Source of the DNA: Mytilus californianus
Taxonomy: Eukaryota
Reading direction: 5' to 3'
DNA: 64,000 nucleotides
Assembly: GCF_021869535.1 (NCBI RefSeq)
Contig: NW_026262581.1
Span: 96,906,001-96,970,000 of the forward strand
Shown: positions 27,401-39,400 of the stretch, piece after piece
Numbering within the stretch: the stretch's first letter is position 1
Layout of the letters: each line of letters begins with the position of its first letter
Made by a program: the position numbers and the translations under genes
The notes under the pieces: model-generated
Databases searched by the model: none
What the model saw: the letters and a program-made list of their open reading frames with translations, nothing else
What the model was told of the DNA's origin: nothing

Positions 27401-30400
27401 ACTTAGCAATATTTTCAAAGTCTATAGACCATGACTGAGGGGGCGATACCAAATATTCTCCATGGAAATGAGATATGCCAATGCTTATACAACTGCATAA
27501 CAAATAGCATTGACCTACCACTAGTGGTTCCCAATAAATTGACCTAATCACAAACTAATACATGTTAACTATGAAAAGTTTCAAAGTCAATAGACCTTGA
27601 CTGAGGGGGCAGGGCCAAATAATCTCCATGGTAATGAGATGTGCCAATGCTAATACAACTGCATACCAAATATCATTGACCTACCACTAGTGGTTCACCA
27701 TGAACTAGACTTAATCACAAACTAATACATTGTTGACGCCGCCGTCGCCGGAAACAACATACCTATGTCTCGCTTTTTGACTCCGTCAAGGCAAGACAAA
27801 AATTGTCATTAAAGGGCAATAATTCCAAGAAGACGATGGACGATTTCCTCTATATTGTCTTAATTGTAGATCTTGTCTTGCTGATCATTTTTGCTTATTT
27901 AGAGGTTTCTATCTATCTATAACAATTTTTAAGATACAAGGCAAAAACGCAAAAAAATTGGTAAAAATCATCATCAAAGGGCAATAACTCTAATAAGGAG
28001 TCGGCTGACGATTTCGACAATGTGAACTTATTTGTAAAACTTATCTTGCACATAATTTTTGCAATTTGATGTTTTTCTGTATCTATTATAGTTTTCAAGA
28101 TAATAGGCAAAATTGAAAAAAATGGTAAAATTTGTCATTAAAGGGCAATAACTCCAATTAGAAGTCATTTCACAATTTTAACTTATTTGGACAATAGGTA
28201 GAGCTCAACATTCTGAACATTTTTGCTCCAGTCAGATTTTTTCTATTCATAACAGTTTTCAAAATAATAGACAAAACTTGCATTTTAACCCTATGTTCTA
28301 TTTTTAGCCATGGTGGCCATGTTGGTTGGGAGGCTGGGTCATAGGACACGGTCACACATACAAATACTTTTGCTTGAGACATATTTCTGTACGTTTGGAA
28401 AGAATTCAAAACTTCATTATGAAAAAGACAAGATGTAGTCCTCACTTATTAACAAGATGTAGTGCTCACTTATACTGATGACTTACCTCCCATACACTGA
28501 TGATAATACAACTACCATCTATTCTACAGCTGGTCCAATCCTTTCAACTCCCTGGTTCTGATGACTTACCTCACCTACCCCTAAACTGATAAAAGACTAA
28601 CACCACCTCATCAACCTGGTTCTGATGACTGACCACCTCCTCTACCACTGGTCACATAACCTCCACTTACAGGTTCTGATGACTTACCTCTCCTACATTG
28701 ATAGTGATATGACTACCATCTGCTCCACCCCTGGTACCACCTCCTCCACTTCCAGGTTCTGATGACTTACCTCCCCTACATTGATAGTGATATGACTGCC
28801 ACATGCTCCACCACTGGTACCACCTCCTCCACTTCCAGGTTCTGATGACTTACCTCCCCTACATTGATAGTGATATGACTGCCACCTGCTCCACCACTGG
28901 TACCACCTCCTCCACTTCCAGGTTCAGATGCTGTTAATACTGATCCATACTGATTGCCAACTGTGGTTGTGTCATAACTTCTGCCTCCTAAACATTTAAT
29001 TTTCAAGATAGTTTATCATGTTGTTTTAGTTAAATTCATAAAAAACAACTTAAACTATAATTGAATTTTTACAAAAGATGCATTCAAAAATATTTCAATA
29101 GTAAAAGTTATTTGCACGCTAACTGAATCATACAATAAACTGGGTATACTTAATCATACAAAGAAATATTTACAACTGAAATCAACATTTAGAATTACAG
29201 TAAATTCAGAAATTTTTGCAAAGTTTTTTATAATAGCAAAAATGGGGACAGAATGGGTTTTACATAAATAATTACTTGCACTTCAATTTTTAAAAACATT
29301 CATATTTGTATGTCACAATAACTAATTTCGCATTTGTTTCCATTGTTCAACAAATACAATGGTAAATGGACACACAGTTTCTGAACTTACAGTAATCAGA
29401 ATAACAATATTGAACTTTATCAAAGAGTTGATGTAGAAAAATTGTTATCACAAACTTCTGAAAAAATTTCAAGAAATACCAAGTTTCCATTTTTTATGTG
29501 TTCTTCTTGTAATTATATCCATTTAAATCCCCAAATAAATAATGTTTAGCTGAAAAATACTAATTTCTTTTAAAAAAAATAGCTCCCCAAAAAGGTCCTT
29601 TCACTTTAACAATCATGTTTTGTTTACCTGCACTGCCATGTCCAGCTCCAGATGAATCATGGGAAGATCTGATACCTGCTCCATCACCCTCCTCAAATCC
29701 ATAGCCATGACCATCACCAGTAACAGTTCCACCTTTTTCTACTGTTATCATGGTAGCATTTAAGGTGACCTTCAAAGTGTCAGTTTCTACAGTACCTCCA
29801 TTCTTCACAGTTAGATTTCCTACTTGGAATGTTGGAATCAAAGGATCAATAGTCACAGTTATTTTCCCTAGATTTTTCACATCTAAAGTTCCAACAGCAA
29901 TTAACCCTGGAGCATAACTAGTCTCTGGCATTTCTGTATACCACATGACCAGAGATTTAATCTGGCTTGTGTGAGCTTGTTCAGATATTGTTAGTTCTGC
30001 ATTACGTTCTATGTAAAGATTTTCTACTCCAACCATTCTTCCACTAAGAATAAATCTTTCAGTTGTCAATATGAAGTCAGTTGGCATTACTAGTTCTCCT
30101 CCAATATCAACATGGAAACCACAAGGAGCATCAAGGTATGTATGAGTAGATTCTATATAGTTAACAATTACTTGTTGTCGCTTCTGGATACGAACAAGAC
30201 CTTTCTTGTTACCTGTAAGTTCATGGATAATCACAGTTAGATTTTTAGTTCCTTTAGGATGATAGAAGTGCACATATGAGTATCCCTCCACTTGAACCTC
30301 ATCAAATTCATAATACACACTATTGTTTTCCATTACCATGGCTGGGTTGTCTGTTGTTAAGTCACCATTATCTACTAATAATTTTGAATGCTCTGGTTGA

Positions 30401-33400
30401 ATCATAGTCTTATTAAGTCGTGGATTATATTTCAGTTCTCTATATGTAGGACCTCTCTGTGATTCATACTTGAAGATAGTTCCCGGTCCACCATCACTAG
30501 ATCCTTTGCCTCCTCGTGAAAGATAGGCCCCTCCATACAAATTAAAAGAACCAACATGTAGAGCCACTCTACCTCCACTTCCTCCTCCACCTGTGCCACT
30601 TCCATCACCTCCATGTACAGCAATTATACCATGTCCAGAAATGTTGTAGGCCTCTACAAATAAACTGCCACCACTTCCACCACCAGTGCTGCCACTGGTG
30701 GCTTCTGTTCCATTGGCACTAATGACACCATCCACATGGATGTTTCTTCCAACCTTCATGTGAAGATATCCTCCTCCAGACCCAGCACTGCTCCCTCCAG
30801 AACCTCCACTGCCAAGATCTTTTGGTGAAAACAGAGACCCATGGGGGTAAGAATCATCAGCTCCTCCTCCTACACCACCATAACTACCTCCTGCAGTACT
30901 ACTTCCTACACCTAAACCTTCCGTTGCTTCATATCCCCTACCATCTAGATTTATCTCCCCTTCTGGTTCCAAGTCCACCTCTCCAGCATCAATATAACCA
31001 TGATTCATCAACATTGTACCTTGATATTTGATTTCCAAAAAGGAAGCTGTTACTGTCATATCATTTGTAATCTTTCTAAATTCAAGAGTTCCCGACTGTT
31101 TGATGTTGATAGTCGGAAGAGAGAAGTTTCCTTCTGACGAGATGAACACATATGTGCCATTATCCAGTAGAGCCGTCTGTGAGGTAGCTGTTACACTAAC
31201 TACAGCTTCATCTTCCACATAAATATGATGGACACCTGTCATTATTCCTTCAATAGTGGTGTTCGTTCCCTGCATGTGAACTTCTGTTGGGAAAATAACC
31301 TCACTACCATAGTCAATGATATAACTAGCAGGGGCTTCTGTTACATTGCTGAGTGATTCTATATACTCAATATACACTGTTTGGTCAGATCTCATATGTA
31401 TCTGACCAGTTCTGTCACCTTTAACCACGTGAATAATAACTTCAACAGGTTTATCTGGATGATAAAATATCACTCTTGAATATCCTGTTACTTCAAATTC
31501 ATCAAATTCATAGTCAGTTGTCTCATTAACCATAATCATAGTTGGAACAGGAACTAAGTTTCCAACATTATCAATATGGACATAACGATGGTCAACTTGG
31601 AAGTAGCTGGTATTAGTTCCTTTGAGATGTTTTAAGATTCTGTATTCTAATGGTCGGAAATTATTTTCAACATAAGATGTTCCAGCTGCACCACCATGAG
31701 TCAGGACATTGCTGCTTCCACCATCACCACCCCGGTTAGTGAATTTCCCTCCAAAGCTATATCTGTATCTACAATGGACACCAATCCTTCCTCCAGCACC
31801 TCCTCCTCCTATTGTTCCAGCACCATTACCACCCTGGACATTAATCTCACCGTGTCCTGTGAAGTTTGTAGTAAACATGTTGACACTGCCACCGCTTCCA
31901 CCACCACTGTTACCAGAGACACCATCTGTACCTTGTAAAGCTAGTAAACCATTTAGTTCCAATCTCTGGCTGATGTTCCAGTGCAATATACCACCACCAC
32001 TACCACCAACTCCATTGCCATTTCCTCCTCCACTACCAAACAGGTCCGGGTCATACACTGATCCATAAGGTTCTGCTGATGATGAAGAGTTAGCCCCTCC
32101 CCCATAACCACCGTGACTGGCCCCATAGCCTTCTCCACTAATTGTAACACCAGCTCCATAACCCTCTTCAGGTTCATGACCATGTCCATTTAGGTGGAAT
32201 ATTCCTTCACTTTCAATCCAGGCATAAGAAGAGTCAATGACAGCATCATTCATATACAGATTTCCAAAATATTTGACTCTTGTTTCACTGTTCCACATAT
32301 GCATCACATCTGTTATTTTTAAAAATCCTACAGTTCCACCTTTCTTTACAATGAAATTGTCCCAAGCAAAGTTCCCTGGTTCTTTAACATTGTAGTATGT
32401 GCCATTTTCAATCAAGGCCGTATATGCTGTGGAGTGAAATTCAATGTCAGTTGCATCCTCTACATATAACTCAGCTACTCCAGTTATAAGTCCAGCAAAG
32501 GTACTATTTGCTCCATGTAAATGGGTCTCAGCAGGCATTATTATTTCTCCTCCATCATGTAATTCAAACCCACATGGTGCTTCAGTCTTGTTTAGAATAG
32601 CCTCAGTCACTTCTACTTTCACATGTTGTGCACTTTGAATAATCAAAATTCCAGTTTTGTCTCCTATAAATAAATGAATATCCACATCTACTCTTGTATT
32701 ATTATCTGGATGATAAAATTTGAGACGTGAGCTTCCAGTTATTTCTGATTCATTGAAGACATAGTTGACAGTTTTGTTTTCATTAATCAGTGTTGGAGCA
32801 GGACTGTACTTCAGTAAGTTGTCAGTGTGTACATACTTAAAGTCTACATCAAAGTATGTCATGTTATGCACAGGGTCATATTTCTTCGCTCTATATTCTA
32901 TAGGTCTTGTATTTTCTTGTACAAATGTAGTTCCTGCAGCTCCAGCTCTGGACGAGGAGTATGACCCTCCGCCATCACCACCATAATTGTGATATTCTCC
33001 ACCATAGGAGTACCTCCATTCACAGTGTACACCGATCCTTCCTCCTGCTCCACCACCACCACTACCAACACCATTACCACCAGCAACCAAGACTTCACCA
33101 TGTCCTGTCATATTTAAAGCCTCGATCAACAAACTGCCACCACTTCCACCTCCTGAATTTGCTCCATTTCCATCTTCTCCATCTAAAGACAAAATTCCAT
33201 TCATTTCTAATATGGAACCAATTTCCCAGACCAGGAATCCACCACCTGCCCCACCAATTCCTCCTCCATTGCCTCCACCACTACCAGCATACTCCATGGT
33301 TGGATAGGCAGTCCCATTACCTGGTTTGAAGACAGAATTGTATGGTATACCACCAAAATTTGGTTCTGGTCCTCCTCCCCAGCCTCCATGGCCAGCTCCC

Positions 33401-36400
33401 CAACCAATTGAACCTTCCGTCCAACCTTTTCCATAACCAGTCTCTGCAGGATTTCCAACAGCATTAAGATTAAACTCTCCTTCAGCTTCAACATGGGCAT
33501 AACTGGATTTAATCAATGCAAGATTCATCAGGAGAAGGCCTTCATATTTAACTAGAAATTCAGCACATACGATTGTCATTGGATTTTCAATCTGTTGGAA
33601 GTTTGCTTTTGAGTTCCTTCCTACCTCTAGTATGGACCATTCAAAGTTACCTTTTTGAGTTTCCTGCACCCTGGTACCATTCTCAAGTAAAGCAGTATGA
33701 CCTGTGGAGAAAAATCTCACATCTGATCCTCTTCTGATGAACAATTCTTGTATTCCTGTTATCAGGCCAGCAAACCAGTTCCTTCTGCCTACAAGATTGA
33801 CCATTTCTGGGAAAAGAACTTCTGAATCTGCATCAATCTTAAAGCTGACAGGTGCATAGGTTTCATTTGAAATGGATTCCACAACTTCCACATATAAAGT
33901 CTGTTCTATTCTGATATGTATCAATCCTGTTAAGTCTCCCTGCATTTCATGTACAATGACTTTCACTGGATCAAAAGCCCCTGGGTAATCAATGATTAAG
34001 TTGGCATGACCTCTAAGATCCATTTCATCAAATGTATAACTGTCAGTGTCTCCTTCATTTAGAGATGAGTAAAGCCATGGTTCTCCGTGGTCTACATACA
34101 GATGTTCATCAATGTCATTATTATCAATCTCAATCCTACGGTGGTTACCAACTCGTACAGTTTCATTTCTCACTTTGTCATATTTGAAATCTTCATAATC
34201 TGGTCCTCTATCTGTTTCTTCAATGTACACAGTACCAGCAGCTCCTGATGGCATTCCACCAGTTCCAATTCCACCTCTTGTGTTCAGTAGTCCAGCATAT
34301 CTTCTGAAAAAATGGATGAATATAGACATGCGACCGCCAGAACCACCACCTCCAGCACCAGAGTCTGAGCCGTTTCCTCCACTCAGGTCGATATGTCCAT
34401 AACCAGTAAAGTTCATGACATCTAGTATCAGACCACCTCCACTACCTCCACCTGCACTGGTACCCTGACCATTCTCTCCCTGTAATGTTATCTCTCCGTC
34501 TACCCACAATACTTCACCAACATACCAAATTAAGTATCCACCGCCACGACCACCTGTTCCACCACTATTTCCACTGCCACCACCGCTGCCTGGATGCAGA
34601 GGTTTGTACAATGAATCATGAGGAATGCCACCAGTATCAGGATATGTAGCTCCACCATGGCCACCATGAGCTGCTCCATAATTTGATGTGGCATTTCCAA
34701 GACCTGACTGTGCCTCATAACCCATGAAGTCTACACTAAGCATAGCCTTACTTTCAATATTGCCATTATCCGAATAGATAGTGCCATCAGTCATGTACAT
34801 TTTGCCTTCAAATTTGATGTTCAGTTCAATAACTTGGAGTGTGAGTTCATGTTCAGAAACAGTAAATCGGGCAACAGATCCTCGCTGAATAGTGAAAATT
34901 GTTAAACTAATATTTCCTTTTTTAGTCATGTGAACATATGACCCATTTTCTCTCAAGGCAGTCTGAGATGTAGAATAGAACTCAACATCTGCTCCTTCAG
35001 CTATCGTTAAATTCTGAACATTGGTGAGTAAACCTCCCATCTCAGATCTTGTTCCTAACATGATAACAGTGGATGGTAACACCACTTCTGTTCCACTTTC
35101 TATTTTGTAGCTGACTGGTGCGACAGTGAAACTTGTAGTTGATTCAACATACTCCACATGAATGACCTGTCCTGACAATATATGCATCAGTCCTGTTCTA
35201 TCACCATCAAATTTGTGGACCACGAGTTCTGATGAGGATCCATACATCTGTAGCACAGCATGATTATTGGCCTCCAGTTCGTCAAATTCAAATTCATTGT
35301 TTCCATCATCTGTTGTTATGACTGCTGGTGAGATGAGATTTCGATTGTCATTGTCAATATACAGCTTGACAAATCCATCTTTATAGACAATACCTTCAGA
35401 TGTGTTAACAAATTCTTTTGATGTCAGTCCAGTGTTGGAGTCTGTAAAGTAGGATGTACCTCCTGCACCATTGCAATCATCATCTGACCTTTTTGAGCCG
35501 CTGTAGCCGCCAAAGGTTATGTAATCACCAGTGTACTCCCTGAAATAAGAAATGTGAACCCCAATTCTGCCACCTCCTCCTCCATATCCCCAATAATATC
35601 CTGTTCCACCCTCAGCTGTCACCTGACCATGTCCAGAGAAATTAACTGCCTTGACATGGATACTGCCACCACTACCACCTCCACTGTTGCTTCCTGTGGC
35701 ATTGCCACCAAGACTCATAAGTAATCCATCTAAATGCAGTGATCTTGCCACATTCATATTAATAACTCCTCCTCCTTGTGCTCCATTGGCTCCCCCTCCT
35801 TTACTGCCTGGATGTAGTGGCTTCTTGTATGATCCATAACATTCAGCTGAAAATAAAACCATAAATTCTGGGAATTCCACAACATCATTTATATCATCCT
35901 GTGCTATTTAGAATATTGCTGTATGAAATCTACTTTGATGTGAAGCCACTGAATGATTTCATATCAGCAGATTTAAAACTTGCTTTCAGTAATTTGAAGC
36001 CTTCTTTAATATAGATTTGTTCATTATTGGTTTGCTTGCTCTTGTGTTTTTGTTATGTATTATACTAGATCATGCTTTGTTTGTATTGATTTGTATTGTA
36101 TTTTGTTTTATGTACCTTTCAGTATTCCACTGATAAATATTTTTAAAGAGGGAGGGTTGAAAACCTGCAACAAGTTACTATAATTTGCCAGCCCAAGTCA
36201 GAACCTCATCAACATTTGTATTTGTTTATATCTTAACGTTATTTGTGATTCAGGGAATAAATGTTAATCACAGATCTTTGAAAGTGTCTGTTACATTTAA
36301 TCACAACTTTTCTAAACTCCAGCTAATTTAGAGCTTGATAAATTGTATGGACACCTGACTACTTTAGAAGATTGTAAGTTGACCTCTAAATGTCTCTTGG

Positions 36401-39400
36401 GTTTTTGCGTCATTGGTTTGTAGATATATTTCCCATATATTCTTTCATTAATATTTGCAATACTTATTTGTTTAAATGCAGATTATTTCTGGATTTCATT
36501 AAAGTAATTTTCTTCTTCAGTGTGTAATGTAATAATATTAATAATTTCAAATTTCATTCATTTTTTCTACATTACTGTAACTTTATAAAATTAGTTTCTT
36601 TACATATTACTTACTATTTGAATAATTGGAAGCAACGTTTCCTCCACCAAATCCACCATGACTTCCACCAACACCGACTCCTTCATTATCAATCCAACCA
36701 TCTCCTGGTCCTTCCCAAACCACACTCCTTCCAGTTGTGTTGATCTTAGCCTCTCCCTCCATATGTAGGCTACCAACCTCAATAGTTATATTGTCAGCAT
36801 TAATGTGGGAGGCATATCTCATCATTATATCAGACACCTCCAGGTTCAAAACACCATCATGAATAACTTCTGCTTCAGCTTGTAGAGATAACTTTCCAAA
36901 AGCAATGGTGCCTAAAACAAAAAGGTTTTTCATTTACAACATAACAAATCTTTAAGTTAAACACCTTTAACATTTTCCAATACTGTGTACAGGGTAATAT
37001 TAACAGCAGTTTCATTTTTTGTGGTATGAATTCTTCCATTTAACTTTTATTAAACAAGAATTTGAACAAGGTGAACCAACACCTGAAGTGGTAATCATGC
37101 GGTTGGGTAATAGTGGGTGGATACCGAAAGGTATTCACAGTTGTCTTTCACTATATAAGTAAAATAAACGACAATAAAGACAACAACACCCATCAATTAC
37201 CGCATGGTAGGAGTTTATTCTGGTCGACATGTTTCGCCAACAAGTGTGGCGTCTTCAGGACAATATTACATATGAAATCAAACAGTGAAGTACAAATTTT
37301 GCAGTTGTGTGGTTCGCTGAAAGTAACGTAACAATAGAGGTTGTTATGACGACGTTATAGATATAAATAGAAAGTGAAAGTAAAATAAAATAAGAATCTA
37401 GTTAAGTTAAAAATTCAAATGGTAAGGGATGGCTAGTGGGGTGTTGTCCAATTTGGAAATGAACTGACATTTTATGATCTACTTTCATCATTTCTACAAT
37501 ATTATCACTAGAAACCTCCATGAGAACAACTACACAGACGTGTAAGGATAGCAGCTAACCACATCGTTAGTGACTTTATTGACTAACTTTCATTTTTAAC
37601 TTAACTAGATTCTTATTTTATTTTACTTTCACTTTCTATTTATATCTATAACGTCGTCATAACAACCTCTATTGTTACGTTACTTTCGGCGAACCACACA
37701 ACCGCAAAATTTGTACTTCACTGTTTGATTTCATATGTAATATTGTCCTGAAGACGCCACGCTTGTTGGCGAAACATGTCGACCAGAATAAACTCCTACC
37801 ATGCGGTAATTGATGGGTGTTGTTGTCTTTATTGTCGTTTATTTTATTAAACAAATAAGTTTATTTCACATATAAGTGAAATTAAAATTAATCCAATTCC
37901 GTCAAAAAAAAAAAAAAAAAATAGAGGGTGAAAATTTCACAGTTGTCAATTACCCCCTTCTAGTGTAACATATTCTCCTCCTATCCATCTACTATTGGTT
38001 GCAGTTTTTGCTATTGTTACAACTCTGCCTTCCTCCAGTGTCAAGTTCATAGCTCCTGCCAAGTGTCCATCTAGGTCAAGGGTCACATCACCTATACCAA
38101 TCAACCTGAGGTCAGAGGATGTCCACATCTCCCCTCCATTGTCGACAATAAAGTTACTTGGTGGAGATGATCTGAAAACACTGTAGGCATCAAATTCTAT
38201 ATAGAACTGTTGACCATTCTGGATGTGTATGAATCCTGACATATCTCCCAATACCAGTCCAATATTAATAACATCTATATCAATACCTCCATCAGCAATT
38301 TCTAACATGGCCTAAAAGATGATAAATCAAAGTTTATATTTCTTATCCCAAATGTTCATGAAAATGTTATTTTAAAACATGTTTAGGCTGGGAGAACATA
38401 GTTTATCTATTGGTTGAAATGGGGCTTATAAATAGCTTTCATTATTTGTTAGTATACTTACATCAGTACTTTGTGTTTTTTGTAATTTTGTTATTTGTTT
38501 TTGTGCTTAGTACCTTTCTGATAAGAAAGCCGTTTATGACTAAAAAAATAAAATGAATTGCAAAATTACTAGTAGGACATAATGATTATGTGCAAAATTA
38601 ATTTGAATAAAAGTGTTACAACTGGTAAATTCTTCCAAAAAAGGAACCATAATTTACAGGACTTGTTGCAAAAATATAAATCCCTTATATCAGTTCATAG
38701 TATAGTTTAAACCATTCTTTCATTCTTAAAAGATAATGAAGTAACCACTAGATGTCTACTTTGATTAACTGGAGTTATTATTTGACTGTTATAATAAAGT
38801 TGATCCTACTTATCATTTTATTCATTATAAATTTTTTGTTCATTTATTTACCATGTTATTCAACATGAGATGATCAAAGTTAAGATCAGCATTATTATCC
38901 AAAGTCTCATTATCTGATGCATGTCTGGGATTTCGGTGGTTGACGACAACTGGTTTAGGAACAGCCAACATTCTTCCATCCAGATACAGCTTGCTTTCAT
39001 AAACAAACTCTGCAATCTCATCCTCAACAAAGACTGTGCCTGGACCTCCACGGTCACCATAGTATGTTCCTGTTTCTCCATAGGCTAGAAGTTCTCCACC
39101 ATACTCATTGTATGTGGATGTGTGCACAGCAATACGTCCTCCAGATCCGCCTCCACTTGTTGAATGACCTTGACCTCCATTAGCAGATACCAGACCATGA
39201 CCTCTTAGTTCACCTGATAATGAATTACCATATTAAGTAAATACTTCTAAAAAAAGGAAATTTCATGTTATATTCAACATTTAACTATTCTTAAATGTAA
39301 GTATAACAAATAATTAAAACTGAAATAAATGAAAATCAACCTCTGAATTAAAGAAAATTAGGCTAATGGTTTAATATACTAATTTAATGAACCAACTTGT

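Larger units (their letters stand above)
37160..37846. repeat. Inverted repeat: 255-bp arms (37160-37414, 37592-37846), 177-bp spacer, 3 mismatches; Penelope-like pseudo-LTR remnant
   Basis: Aligned by hand against the reverse complement; each arm carries a hammerhead core. Confidence 0.92.

Noticed and set aside
28476-28850. Repeated CTGATGA as tandem hammerhead cores
   Set aside because: No downstream stem II/GAAA arrangement; the motif is simply the reverse complement of the duplicated intron start.
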